Of a stretch of DNA of 64,000 nucleotides, positions 1-14,301 are shown in pieces. The stretch comes from Octopus sinensis (Eukaryota). The stretch is taken from positions 166,284,001 through 166,348,000 of the forward strand of contig NC_042997.1 of assembly GCF_006345805.1 (NCBI RefSeq), given 5' to 3'. A program made the position numbers and the translations under genes. The notes beneath the pieces are model-generated. The model was not told the origin of the DNA. It did no database searches and saw only the letters and a program-made list of their open reading frames with translations. Numbering within the stretch: position 1 is the first letter of the stretch; each line of letters opens with the position of its first letter.

Positions 1-97
1 TTATATTATTTTTATCTCCTAGAACAATTGAGAGATATTGACCAAACTATTCTAGATTGAATGCAAATAGTGGAGGGGAGGTCTCTTTCTCAACTGC

Positions 98-158
<61 letters not shown>

Positions 159-3100
159 CATTCATTCATTCATTAATTCTTTTCACCTTTAGTGAATGAA
201 CATTATTGAAAATTATGTGCAAATATCAGGTTTTACTTTCTTTTCCCTCACAATACTCTAATCTTGACATAATTTATGACATAATTTAGGCTATTTATGC
301 CAAAATTATGCTATAGGCAGTGCTAAATAAACAGCTTTAGGTGCAACATGTTTTTTTACAAGTGCAATATGTTCTTGACAAAACTAAGCTTTTGTTTAAG
401 CTGTTCCACAACTGAATTTTCTTTTTCATAAACTTTATTAGAAATTATACAAAATCTAATCCACAACCTTTATGCTTTTCAGTTTTTATACTATCTTTAA
501 ATAAATCATCATCATCATCATTATTATTATTATCATCATAATTATTGTTATTGTTTTTATTAAGTCTGGATAAAAGGAACAGTTATCATAAACTTTGCAC
601 ATCATCCTAGACTAGTAATTTTAGCACCATTAATGTTCAGTGCCTATAGAGAAAAGATGGGCAAGGAGAGTATTACAATGATACAATTCCAAATAGGAAT
701 AGTTGAGCAAAGTACTCAATACATGTCTGAGACACTAGAGATGACAAACAGAAGTAGATTAATCATTTGGTATACATCTTGCTTTTCAATCATGCAAGAA
801 CTTCTGTAGTGGTAAGAGAAGAAACAAGGAGAGGACACACCATGTTCATGAGCACATGCTTGTTGTTATTGCTAGTGCTATGTTCACACGGATGAAACAG
901 ACTTAAGATCAAAGGTGTTTTAATCATCATTAACCCATCTGATGATATCTATGTCATTTCATTTTTAAGGCAGTAAGTAGGGTGTGATGAGAAAGATTTG
1001 CTCCTTCTTTCTAGCAGGTCAGGCAATGCATAGAGGCTTCCTCGGGATGTTGATGAGTGAGGGTTTGCTAGACAGTTGGTGAAAGATCTAGAATGTCAGT
1101 GTAACAAGTGTTCTGTTCTAATTATGTGAGCAGCAGCAGTACATATAAGTATACTTCGTAATGGATCAACAACTACTCAAAATCAAACTATTTTCTGACC
1201 CTGAAAAGGAAACCTAACTTTTCTAACACTTATTTTATCTTTCATCTCTCTGAAGTTTGATAGAATAACTTCAAGAAATATAATGGAACAAATTCAATCA
1301 ACTATATTTCTCCTACTTCATATATTAAAAAAAAAAAGAATCTCACTATCCAGTCAAAAATAGTTAAGTATTAGACTTAATATTTTGCTTCGGTAAGCAT
1401 TATTTAGTACGACATAATATTATATTATCACTGATATTCTAAATATTCCTGGCATCTGATAAACATGATCACAGAATACAAGTTGCTGCTGTTATTACAA
1501 CTTATGTTAAGTTTAATAAATAGCTTTTGGCTATGTTGGAAGTCTGTATATTTTAAATGTTAGAAATTTTAATTTATGTTGGTATCATATGACAATTAGG
1601 CTGAAATATCTAACAACATTCAATAGAGCAAACAGCTTCACATATCAAGCAGCTTTATATTACTGTTGGCATCATATATCAAATGACTTTATATCATGTT
1701 ATACAGTAGTTTTTAAATATTATTAGTATCAATTTCATAATTTGTATTATTGAGTAGTTATAATCAGTTGCTTTCATAGTAACTAATGTAATGCTTTACT
1801 ATTTAATGTTCAAACCTTATTGTATGTAATCCCCTTTACTCTGTTATAGGTCAATGAATAAGTACCAGTAATAAATTTTAAGTTGAAATTCTGACTTAGG
1901 ATTTCTACTTAGAACATCAAGGCAAAGAACTAAATGCCAAACAAGCCAATGCAATCATTTGGCCTACTAGAAATAAGAACCAAATCTCTCTCAGATTATA
2001 CCATACAATTTGAAAAAAGAAATGGACATTTGATGATATGGTTTAAGATGGATTCTTCTGGATGAGAGAATGATGCCAGTAAGAAGATAATAATAAGAGG
2101 AGATTGGAAAAGTTTGGCAATATAGTCAGAAGACCATCCAATAGCTACGTAGCACTGGTTTCCCACCATGACATTCCAAAGCACCTCTGTAAATACCACA
2201 ACCTCAGCCTATGTCTGCACATTATTAGCTATAACATACTAAGTCTTCAGCAGAGAGAATATTAGCATCAGATGACCCATCTGACCAATGGAATGTGTTC
2301 CTTAAACAAAAAGCAAGAGAAGATGGCTCCAGTTTGATCAGATGAAAGCTGGAGTAATGCATGACAGTCAGAATCATTAAAACTCTCTGCAAAAATTTTT
2401 AATTAACTTTGTTTCAAATCTCTCCCTCTCCCCATCTCTTTCTCTCTTGAGTTTTTTCCTTTGAGCAAATATATTTCTTTTTAATTTCAACTTAATTTCT
2501 TTTCATTTCCCTCTTTAAACAAGCAGCTTACCAACAAAAATTATTAAAAAGCATGAAAACAAATAATATAAACATTTATTTTATGTTTTTCTTACTTAAC
2601 ACTTGAGGGTGTGTAGCATTTGCACAAAGGAATTATAATAATACTAACAAAATATGCTGCAAGTAATAATGCATTTAAGGCCATAGGAATATAGTCACAG
2701 CCATTTAAGAGAGAGAGAGAAAAAAGAAGAGAATCAAATAGATATGGAGTAAAAGACATTTTTATACCAAAAATTTTAATACCAAAATAAGGGTCGCCAC
2801 AAGAAAATAGAAATGGTTGACACTAGCTAGAAAAAACCCCAGTTCAATGAAACATGTAAGGATTTATTTAACCAAGGCACGCAGCTACTTTTGGAATGGA
2901 AAATATAAGTTCAATTGAATAACATGCTTGCATATTGCATGTTCTTATTTTTGAGAAACTCTTAACAAGGGATGAAAAACAAGGTTGATCTCAATAGGAT
3001 CTGACCAGTGACATGCTAAATGAGATGCTTAGTACAGGAATCTACTACCTCAACCCTGTTTTCTTTGCCTAAAGTACAGTTCTCAGCTAGATCCTTCTTT

Positions 3101-3493
3101 CCACTTCCACTAGGCTTGTTGCTTATATTTTATACTATGTTATTACATCATCATCCAGCTCTAATGGCTCACACAATTAATCAAAGACTTAAAGTAAATT
3201 AACTGACACATTATAAAAATTTATCCAAATAAATCTTTTGCACGATGTTAAAAAAAAAACTCAAGCTTGTCCTCATTTTCCATCATCTATGTTTTTTAGC
3301 TAAAATTCCCTAAACAGATTTATATAAAAACATTTCTTCACATTGAAGGTCTAACAATTTTCTTTTCCCTAGTCAAAACAATGTTCATTTTGCTCTTAAT
3401 CTGCCAAACAGCCAGTTATTTGGCAAGCTTTTTAACATTTCTCTTACATATTATAACCCCAATACATCACAAAACTGCAGAATTTTCAATTCT

Positions 3494-3819
3494 ATTCTTT
3501 TATTCCTTTTTATTCTTTTACTTATTTCAATTATTTGATTGTGGCCATACTGGAGCACAACCTTAAAGGGTTTTAGTTGAAGAAATCGATCCTAGGACTT
3601 ATTCTTTGTAAGGGTGACAAACACCAACATACACATATAAATACACACACACACATGATGGGCTACTTTTAGTTTCTGTCTACTAAATCCACTCACAAGG
3701 TTTTGGTCATCTTGAGGTTATAGTAGAAGACACTAGCCCAAGGTGCTTCACAGTGGGGCTGAACCCAGAACCATGTGGTTGGAAAGCAAACTTCTTACCA
3801 CACTTCCACACCTGTGCCT
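3494..3819 (-). mobile_element. tRNA-derived SINE family 1 (internally deleted)
   Basis: Reverse complement of the GGCTGTGTGGTAAG...GGTTCAG..CCCACT head, CCTTGTGAGTGGATTTGGTAGACGGAAACTG core and CTCCAGCATGGCC...GAAACAAGTAAAAGA tail. Confidence 0.8.
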
Positions 3820-4677
3820 ATAATGGAACAAATGCGTTAATCTTCTTGATATCAACTTATCTGACTCTGCCTTTAGTTTCCAGTTTTAAAATGATCCAAA
3901 TTAAATATATTCTATCAAAATTTTATGCTTATTTTATACCTAATAAATTCTTCATTATTTTCAAAATTTTCTGAAAGAAAGGCAGTGTATTTTAAGAGAA
4001 ATATGGTAGCAAAAGAGTTGAAACACTTTCAAGGATATAATACAACTCTCCATAAGAACACTCTCTCCAAAATACAAATAAAAGTACCTGCCCATGAACG
4101 AAATACTAATATCCCCCCACAGTATATGAAAACAATATTTATTCCTATAGCCAATAATAACAAAGATAAGAAACAATAAACATGCAACCACCTGTCAGTC
4201 TAGAGTTTAGATATCTTGATAATACAATCGGGACATCTTGAAATATCAGCACAATGAATCTGGAGACACATCAGTGTAAAGGAAAATCTTTACAACTAGT
4301 AATCAAAACTAGACTAAATTTGGTTCATAAAGTACTTATTATTCTTCCCATTATGTCCACCAACCAGAACAGTACCACCTCTCTAGACAGATTTGTGTTT
4401 CTATCGCCCCAAGTTTTTGATGGAGGTCTAAAATATTTACAGGGATGTAAATAGTGACAGAAATAAATTCTCAATGGGACAAAGAGAGAAACAGATTTAT
4501 AGAAGTAACCGGCTATGTTTTATTTCCTCTTTTGAAAAAAAATTGGGAAAGAGAACATATGTGTTTATCTATAGTTGCATAAGTCATATGTATACGTATA
4601 TCTATTTATATTTATGTACATGTTTCAGCAAGTATTTTAGATGCGTAAATGTATACATAACTATGAGTATATATATA

Positions 4678-4720
<43 letters not shown>

Positions 4721-4799
4721 GATAAATCTCAGAGCGAGTTATAAACAGTAGCAGTAACACATCGTGACGCATATTTGCCATTTGAATATATATATATAT

Positions 4800-4854
<55 letters not shown>

Positions 4855-6343
4855 CACACGTGTGTGTGTGTTTGTGTCTGTATATTTATATATATATCAA
4901 TTTGTTTAATTGAAAATATACATAAGGGTTTATGTTTGTTTTTAAGTGTGTGTATCACTCTCTGCCTACATGTCTAGTGAGTTGAGGTAACTATAATGTT
5001 ATGTATGATTAAACAAACAGGCCGAAGTCAATATGCATTTATATAAGTGGAAGTATTTAAACTGTGTACGTGTGTATTTGTCTGCCTGTCTCTGTACATG
5101 TGGTTTCTGGCTTGTTTTCAGAATTCCATCAGCTTCCTCCGCCCAAGGAAAATATCTAAACTACTATTGGTAAGGAATGTCAGATGCAAGGGGGTTTTCC
5201 TGACTACAGCTGGGTCAGACCATATGCAAAATACAATACGGGGGGGGGGGGAGTGTTTTAATTCTGAAAGTTGATTACATCAATTCCAGAAAATACAAAT
5301 TCTCCACTTGCAAACACACATACATACATATTTTATACATACACACACACACATTATATTACATTATATTAAATTATATTATATTATATTATATCATATT
5401 ATATATTATTATACTATTTTTTTACATATACATATTTCAAATATACTTTATTACTGAATGCATATTTATTTTCCTGTAGATGCAACACATGCAACATGAG
5501 ACACGCTTTCTACAGAAAATTATTACCAGCATACTGATATGTTGTGATAAAGGCGGAGACAAATCTAGCCCAGCCTCTCAAATTTACTCAGCATTTCAGC
5601 TTACTTAGCTAATTTTCCATTCAGTTAGTTTAACACCATGAGATATGTAAGAAACACTCTAAATACATTGGTTAACAGTTTTGCTGGGGGAACACCCATA
5701 GAAAAGAACCCCTTGATAGTAGACTATTTGTTTTAGTGCTCCTGGAAGAACAATTAATTGAATGTCTATATATAAATGATTGAAACAGGAAGAAGGAGAA
5801 AAAAAGCAACAAAAAAGGGAAGTAGGGAGGAGACAGAAATAGCATATGAGAGAGGTATTAGTTAGTGGTTCTATGTTTTATACTGCTAGGCTGTACATTT
5901 CTATCTCAATGTTATTTAGAAAGGGGAAACAAGTATACACATTTTAGATAGAGACGATCATTCAAACAGGAAATATTAAACAACCAAAAAAAGTATTAAA
6001 AACAAAACAAAAACAAATTGACAAAATGCACATATTTAGGGGAATGACATGGAGATAGATATCTTGTGTTGACAGTGATGAGCTTTGGAGTAGTAAGCTA
6101 TTGTATAAGGACATAGAAAGTATCAAAGAATTTACACTGGAACAGAGATAATTCCAAAGAAAAATATAAGATATATTTTCAGTGAATCACTAGAAATAGG
6201 GAAAATACTATCACTATAAGCAGGGAATATACCACATTATTCTGTTTTAGATATATTCTTGATTCAGTCTACAACAACACCAAGTGACTAAGTAACTACT
6301 TTCTAAACCACCTTGAAGTCAGTCAATTAATACTCACACCAAC

Positions 6344-6992
6344 ATGTTCATCAACACAATAATTATTGGCCTCCTTATCTTCTTGCAAACTTTCCACAAA
6401 GGCTGGGATACAGATGCAGCAGCCCACAATCCCATTATAAAGAAGAAAAGTAAATCAGCTTCCGTTAGGAGCACTAAGTGTGCGTACACAATAGTGGTTA
6501 ATGAAGTAGATGCTTCTCAGTGTCCAGTGATGACACAACCAGTGCAGTCGGACCATACAGTAAATGGAAAAACTCAGAAAAAATCAACAGTGTCCTCAAG
6601 TGAGGTGCATGGTTTAACTTCAAAGATCCATAGTGTAGAAACTACCCTGTTAGGTGAAATTGTCAAAAACCGCGAACTAAACACAACACTGACTCAGCAT
6701 AGTATCATGCTAGAAAAGGCAGAGGACCGGTTCCTGAAGTACCAAAACAACTTCACGTCGCTTTTCCGAGCCATCATGTTTATGGAACAGAAAATCCGAA
6801 AACAGAAGGAAATTAGTCGCAACTTGGACAACAAGCTGTCTAACATAATGCTTGATGTTGTGGAAGTGAACAATGTACTTTCACGGAAAACTCCGGGCCC
6901 AGGAACAAGTCTCAAAGACAAACAAATCAAAGTAGAAAGTGCAGCACATGTAAGACAATGTGGAATTACTGACGACACAGAAATTTTCCAAG
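6344..6992 (+). CDS. Angiopoietin-like / fibrinogen-related (FReD) secreted protein, coding exon 1 (signal peptide + coiled coil)
   Basis: ATG at 6344 with a hydrophobic signal peptide (MFINTIIIGLLIFLQTF...). KCAYTIVV motif resembles the ANGPTL1/2 N-terminal KCAYTFLV motif. A heptad-like region follows (LTSKIHSVETTLL...LDNKLSNIMLDVVEVNNVL). Donor CAAG|GTAAGC at 6992/6993 is phase 1, matching the exon 2 acceptor. Confidence 0.85.
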
Positions 6993-8152
6993 GTAAGCTA
7001 TGTTTCTATGCTGGGTGCAACGATGCATTTACATGTGGCTGTGATGACAAGTATACATACATGCTTGCAGCTAACACTACATATAAACACACAATTACAT
7101 GTAATAGGGATGACTAGTGCATACATGTGTACATACATACATACACACACACACACACATATATATATATACATATATACATACATATATATACATGCAA
7201 ATATATGAATATATGCACATACATCTACACACACACACACACACACATTAGAAACAAACTAAAAAATGACTCCTTGACACCAGAATGTTGGATAAAATAG
7301 TATGTACACGTATATATTTCTCAATACATTGTTTTAGAATAATTAGAGTGCTCGCTATTCTGAAGCAGAGCTGAAATTCTGTCATATGATATGCATGCTA
7401 ATTACAGTAAGAAGATTAAATACTGATATTGTGATAAAGTGATACTTTTAGTTGAAAATTTAATTTAATTTTACATATGTACATCCTTAGATTACATTAT
7501 ACACTCGCATTGTCATTATCATCTTTTAACACCCAAGCTCCATGCCAGCATGGATTAGATGGTTTAAGAGGAACCCATGGAGCAAGGACTGCATCATTAC
7601 CATGTTCCAATATGTGTGAGTGTGTGTATACATAATACATATACATACACACACACACACACACACACATGCACACACAACAACATTAATAATATATTAA
7701 GATCATCATCAATATTTTATGTCTGCTTTCCATGTTGTCATGGATTGAACCTTAATGACAGTCCAAGTAAGTTCTTATTGAGACTTACTGCCCTCCTACA
7801 AATATCGGAGGACCATGACTCACTCTTATATTTCAATTTCTGGCTTGTTTCTGTGGTTGGACGTCCTTCTCACACATACACACATTGCCACAATGACCAA
7901 TATTTACAGAATATTTAGTTACATCTGGCAATAATAGATAATGAGCACATGTATTCATTCATTCCGCATGACTGAGAATCAAAGTGTGTGTATGCATGTG
8001 TGTGTCTTGTGCACATGCACAAGATGGCACATGTGTATACATATGTACACACTTATGTTCATATAAAGAAGTTACCTACTTCAATTTCCAATTTCTTAAG
8101 ATTTTTTTCATTAATGAACACTAAAATTATGTGCAAGTGCACACACACACGT

Positions 8153-8462
8153 GGAGGCGCAATGGCCCAGTGGTTAGGGCAGCAGACTCGCGGTCGGAGG
8201 ATCGCGGTTTAGATTCCCAGACCGGGCGTTGTGTGTGTATATTGACTGAAAACACCTAAAGCTCCACGAGGCTCCAGCAGGGGCGGAGGGCGACCCCTGT
8301 TGTACTCTTTCATCCCAACTTTCTCTCACTCTTTCCTTCCTGTTTCTTGAGTAACGCTGCGATGGACTGGCGTCCCATCCAGCTGGGGGAGAACACAAAT
8401 GCCATAGAAACTGGGAAACAGGGCCCATGAGTCTGGCTAGGCTTTAAAAGGGCGAAAAAAAA
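8153..8462 (+). mobile_element. tRNA-derived SINE, head H1 + tail X
   Basis: GGAGGCGCAATGGCCCAGTGGTTAGGGCAGC (A box) ... GGTTTAGATTCCC (B-box-like); tail ...GGCTAGGCTTTAAAAGGGCG. Confidence 0.85.
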
Positions 8463-9163
8463 AGGCACACACACACACACACATACCACACACCTGAGCA
8501 TGCATTTACAAGAAGAAGAAAAAAGAAACAAACAAATATAGAGTAGTAACGCAATATTCCAGTTCCTTCTTTTTAAATTTTGTGATATATTCAAATGAGG
8601 GAGTATTTTTGTTTCTTTTTTTAATTTTCAAACAATATTATAAATTGATAGTGAATATGTGTATGTGTCTGTAAAACCAGCTGCATAACATCAAGAGAAC
8701 CAGAAGAAAGAAGAGGAGGTGAAAAAGATAACAAAAAAAAAGTTAGCATGAAAAGAAAAGAAGACAATTGTTACTTAGGAGTGAGGTTGTTGCTAAGTTG
8801 TTATCTAACAACAATGTCAGCACTGGTTGAGTAGATTAACTTTTTTGTTAAAGAAATTAGATATATCCACACAAAATTTCATTACTTTTAAATTGGAAAA
8901 CAATTTTATATATAAATCTATTTTTTGTTGACGAATGTCATGTTTGAAACAATTTTTTGTTGAGATACATCAAATTTACAGAGGCAATATGACTTGGAGA
9001 AAATATAAATTCTATTTTTTGGTAGAACAAAATTACTAGAATTACCCTCAAAAATTTTATTTCACAGTTAAAGGGTTAATAATGATTAAAAACATCTCCA
9101 GTACTAGCCATCCAAATTCTTTTTCAGACATGATGTATCACCAGTGGATTCTTAATATATATA

Positions 9164-9544
9164 TAGGTGCAGGCGTGGCTGTGTGGTAAGAAGCTTGCTT
9201 TCCAACCACATGGTTCTAGGTTCAGTCCCACTACATGGCACCTTGGGCAAGTGTCTTCAACTATAGCCTCGGGCCAACCAAAACCTTGTGAGTGGATCTG
9301 GTAGACAGAAACTGAAAGAAGCCTGTTGTGTGTATGTGTGTGTGTTTCTTGGTCCCCCTACTATCGCTTGATAATGAATGTTGGTGTGTGTACGTCCCCT
9401 GTAACCTAGCAGTTCAGCGAAAGAGACTGATAGAATAAGTACCAGGCTTACAAAGAATATGTCCTGGAGTAGAATTGTCCAACTAAAGGTGGTGCTCCAG
9501 CATGGCCACAGTCAAATGAATGAAACAAGTAAAAAAAAGAATAA
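9164..9544 (+). mobile_element. tRNA-derived SINE family 1
   Basis: Full head, core and tail, as at 41703. Confidence 0.85.
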
Positions 9545-10716
9545 CAGAAAATATATATAAAGGCGGGGGTGATGTGATGAAACATTAGCTGTTGTTTCTA
9601 GCAGGTTGAATAACAACAAAGAACAAAATGAAGGTGGGAGAAATTTTGGCCACATTCACACTTGAAGGTGCCCACAAAATAGTTAAGTTTTGTCATCAAA
9701 ACAATAATGTAATACAAATTCCATTCATATAAATTTATATGTAGAATTTAAGATGAATTAAAATTTTTTTTCATAGTACACATGTACCTCTATAGTTCTT
9801 ATGTACTTTGCCCCATGTACTAAAATGGTTCCTACTCTTATTTAAGAGACTTCCTTAGATATTGAACTACAGCAGTTTATTACTGAAACACTGATTTTCA
9901 TGTAAAAAGGAGTTGGGAGCTCAAAGGACTGATATAACAACTACTTTTCTTGGAGTCATATTTCTCAAAAAAAAAAAAAAAGGGACATTCTTTGAAAGGG
10001 TAAAGGAAAATAATGAAAAATATAAGAATAAATATTTTAGCAAAATTATGTGATGTAGGTTAAAACTAATGTAAAAGTACTGAGACATCAACATGAAGCC
10101 TAACTGTCATGAATTGTCATGAAACAGCAAATTATGTTTGTGTGGGTGAGCAGAAAGAGAGTAGAAAGGAGGGGAAGGGAGAAAATAAATGACAGGCAAG
10201 AGAGTTTTAAAAAACCATTTAAGATATAGGAATTATCAAAACTGAAAGAAAAAATAAAGAGCAGAGGAAAGGGAATTAAGTATAGATTGTGATGTCCAGA
10301 TAATTCATCAATGGACACCACAGAGAGCACATGGGAAGTGATGATGATGATGGTGGTGGTGGTGGTGGTGGTGGTGGAGGAGGAGGAAAAAGAGAAATTC
10401 CTTATATTCCATTAACAATTTTGAAAAAAAACATAAAAGCTTTCCTTTATTTTCTTTTTACCAGCTCATGGTTTTCAAAGACAAATTTTTTTTTGTTGGG
10501 GAGGGGAGGGCGCTGGATTCTGTACTGGTTGGGCAAAATTTGTTGAAGAAAACAAATTCAAAATAAACAGCATTTTCCTGAAAAATGATTCCAAGAAGAA
10601 AAAAAAGTAAAAACAACTTTAGAATGTTCAAGATGTTAATGTTGAACTAAAAAGTGTTCTAACAGTGAGTTTTAATTAAATATTCAAAGTCTGTTAATAC
10701 ACTCTGTGTGTCTATG

Positions 10717-10747
<31 letters not shown>

Positions 10748-11179
10748 TTGTGTTTGTGTGTGTGTATGTGTGTGTAGCAGAGTGAACAGATGTAAGGAAG
10801 AAGATGAATTTCTGGAATACGACAAATATAACAGTTAAGATAAAGAATTATGTGTAGAAAGTGCTCAGCTTAAATGTCAGTAATGCCTTCTCACTACAAA
10901 TAATACATTAAAAAAGAGAGAGAGAGAGAGAGAGAAAAAAAGGAGTGAGGTTAGATACCAATTTTCCTTAGTCAGCGTAAAAGAGTGTTGTAGTGAAATA
11001 TAATTCAGTCCCTTTCACAAAGCATACAAATATTACATTCAGGAACCATAATACTAAATTCTTGTCTAAATCAACATATGCAGAAATAGCTTAAGTTAAG
11101 CATATATTTAACAAATGTTGTTTCCTGGGTTCATGCATAATATGCACACACACACACACACACAGTGTGTGGTTGTCTC

Positions 11180-11860
11180 TGACCTCTTCAACTGTGAATG
11201 AATCTCTGGCATTACCTTCGGAAACTACCATCTTACTGACCTGGAATATGTGGTTGATACCACTCTATTCAGCAACTCAACTGACCAGCTCAGGGACATA
11301 CTGACCATTTACAGAGAGGAATCAGCAAAGCTTGTCCTTCAGGTGAATTGGGTGAAGACCAAGCTGATGCAGGTCAGTGGTGCCTCGGACTGTCCCCCTC
11401 TCCATATTGGCCCTGATGTCAAGGAGTTTGTCATCTCCATCTACCTGAGCTCCATTTTCCCCAACAATGGAGACCTGACCCCAGAAATCAAGCACAGATG
11501 TGGTTTGGCTGCAGAAGTCATGTACTCCCTATGGAAGCCCCTTTGGTGCCACAGCTCTATCTCCTGAAACACAAAACTCTTCATTTACAATGCATCTCCA
11601 TTCTTCTCTATGGAATAGAAATGTAGCTCTTTACAAAGACCTTGGAAAATAGAATCAACAGCTTCAAAAACAGAGCCCTGAGAACTATTGAAAACATTAG
11701 ATGGTACCATTGTGTTTCCAGAAAAGAACTGCTTGCACACTCTCACCTCATAGCTATCTGCTGCATGCACTAGTATAGACATATCCCCTGCCTCCCACCA
11801 GATCATCTTAACAGGACCTTACTGCAGGCTGGAAGATGCCCTGTGGCAGGCCTCACACCA
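11180..11860 (+). mobile_element. Decayed RT C-terminal fragment of a different RTE subfamily
   Basis: ORF 11250-11567 reads LVLQVNWVKTKLM...YLSS...EIKHRCGLA...LWKPLW...IS, i.e. RT motifs 6-7 and the following region. Confidence 0.7.
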
Positions 11861-11875
11861 GATTGCTGGACATGA

Positions 11876-12084
11876 TTAACACTTTTGTTACTGTATTTAT
11901 TTTAAATGCTCTTTAAATATAACAAAGGATTTAGTAAAATATCTTAGTTATCATTAAGCTAATGTTAGAAACATAAATTGTGACTTAGGTTTGGTGGAAG
12001 ATTATAATTTAAAACTTATGGAAACAAGACATTTGTACTCAGAGCCAGAGCCGGTTTCAGCCGGGTTGGTAACAAAAGGGTTAA
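11876..12084. mobile_element. piggyBac-type MITE family B
   Basis: TTAA-CACTTTTGTTAC ... GTAACAAAAGGG-TTAA. Related bodies at about 3865-4020, 18001-18160 and 44097-45008 (the last is interrupted). Confidence 0.65.
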
Positions 12085-12679
12085 GGAAGATCTCCAGAAG
12101 CTCAACATCATCTAGGAAAATGCAGAGGGATTGGCATGGGACTGCCAGTAACAGGGAGCACTGATGGGCCTGGTTGGCTCTAAGAATGATGACGCCACTG
12201 AGACCATCAGTCTGGGTTAACCCCAACCCCTTCAAGCAAGAGCTTGAAACAAGAAGCAAACAAGCACACACACACACATCATCTTCATTTGTACATTCAC
12301 TTTTTCTATGTTGGCATATTGGGCAAGACTTACGGTAGTCTTATTCTCTGGCCAGATATCCTTCTTGTTGCCAACTCGTGCCTACTTTTCAAGAAAAGGT
12401 ATTTTTATTATCAGTTATTCAACTAATATCCTCATAATTTCAACACATAGACAGAACAATAGACTTCCATGCAGTTTCCATCAACCACTCACAAGACATT
12501 GATTATCTCAAGGTTATAGCAGAAGACACTTGCCCACAGTGCCACTAAGTATGATGGAGCAATCATCCTAACTTATCTTCCAGCAGCCAGGTGACTTAGA
12601 CATAAACAAAATGAATTGAACCCACTTATACCCTATGTAATTTGCATGATTTAAACAAAAATGAGTAAAAGGGAATACT

Positions 12680-14180
12680 TCAAATGGCCAGAGGCATGTA
12701 TTTGAATGATAGACAGGTACATGTATATCAGATACCATACACCATTAATTCTTGAATTATTTAAATCACCTCTACCTCTGGAGAATTTGTCGTAATTACC
12801 AATTAAAGTTCCATATGGTGATAATGTATATTGAAACAGAAACGTGTTCATGATTGTCCTCTTATCCCTAGATATGCCTATCCTTTTCCTTAATGACACG
12901 TCAAAAGAATTTTTGATTCTTCTCATATGGCATCTTGTGTCATCTTACTCATGTAAAGAAATGCCTTCAGGTCAGTCTTCACCACTTCATCTGAAGTCTC
13001 CTTGGTTTCCCTCTTCCACAGATCTCATTCAGCATTTCTTTATACATCTATCTTCCTCTAGAAGCATCATATACCCATATCATGCAATCTTCTATGTGGC
13101 ACCCTACATCTGATACCTCTTATGTTCAGTTTCTCTCTCAGTTTACTTCTCCTCCATCATCCACAAAGACTAATATTACACATCCAGTGCTATGCATTCA
13201 TTTCATTTCTTTCTACCCTTCACAGATCCTATGTATTTATCACCTACATCTCATTATTAGGCAGCATAGCACGTTGTTCACTCTGATAAAAAAAAATAGA
13301 GGTAATAGCTCCCTGAACTTTTTATTCCAATTTGTTCTTACTCTGGCTCTATTATGCATTCAGAGCAGCTATCCCACCCCACCTGCTAAGTAGGTCATCC
13401 AGGTCACAAAAACTGTCAACTACTTCTCAAGAACCTTCCAAGCCTATAAGAGAATAAATTTTCTGTGCCCATGTGCACCTGCCATATATGAAATCTACCT
13501 TCTCTGTTAAACTACTTGCGATTTCATTTCAATTCTTATGTGTCTATAGTTTCTCTGAATACCAAGCATAGCCATTTCTCTGATGGAATCAGAGTTTTGT
13601 CATCTGCCCTATTTACTTATACTTGATTCTTTGCTAAATCTAGAGGACACTTGATTCTAAATTTTACTTTCTTGCTTCAAATTTCTTCAACACAAATCTG
13701 GAATTCCCTCATTAAAACTCCTCTAAAGGACTACAATAAACAATAGTTAACTAAAGACTGATCAGTGATAGGCCACTCTAATGTTAAATTGGTTGCTAAA
13801 CTCATGGTTGATTCTCACTTTGCTGACAACATCTCAACCATTTGTTGACTACCCCAGCTTTCTTAATGACTAATAGATCACTGTGTATGTGACCCTGGTA
13901 GACATCTAATCCAACAAATGACAGGTGTAGGGGCTTCCACTTGGTTAAATACTTCTACAATTGTTTCATGAGCAGTATATCTTCCTTGCATCTTATCATT
14001 ACTAATTCTCTTCCAAATCAATTAAGCTATAACTCTTTCTGTGACTTTCATTACTTGGTCAATAGAGTGTCTTTTTGCTCTTATAGCAGTTGATAATGGT
14101 GATGCTATGTCAGTCCTTGTGTATGACACCGACCTGTACTAACTGATTTATTATGCAGATGACTAACCCAAACCCTACCT
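12680..14180 (-). mobile_element. Old, heavily decayed copy of the same RTE family as 60453
   Basis: Reverse-strand fragments line up in order with the intact ORF: NQ...GVI..D, DQVMKVTERVIA, KLG...WL, SKVRI, W.C, FIYGRC, EVVDSF, and 3' coding remnants. Confidence 0.7.
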
Positions 14181-14265
14181 TCCAAGAGATTTTGTGCATC
14201 ACAGCATAATTCCTATGTATGTACATACACACACACATGCATGCATGCACACACACATATTGTGT

Positions 14266-14301
<36 letters not shown>

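Noticed and set aside
1996-2199. Minus-strand ORF with a hydrophobic stretch as a possible TMX3 transmembrane exon
   Set aside because: It lacks the FGLP.....I.CY signature and gives no convincing alignment.
6210-6343. TATA-like and TCAGT Inr-like motifs upstream of the FReD ATG
   Set aside because: These are common in AT-rich DNA, and a TTTTAG acceptor at 6250 suggests the true TSS could be further upstream.
6950-6955. Alternative donor CAT|GTAAGA in FReD exon 1
   Set aside because: It is phase 0, incompatible with the phase-1 acceptor at 37494.
6993-7117. The 257-aa ORF reading through the exon 1 donor (GKLCFYAGCNDAF...)
   Set aside because: It begins at a strong GTAAGC donor and runs into microsatellite; 41 open codons can arise by chance. 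An intron-retained coiled-coil-only isoform is unsupported without RNA data.
8153-8230. tRNA gene
   Set aside because: The A/B-box heads continue into SINE bodies and do not close a cloverleaf.
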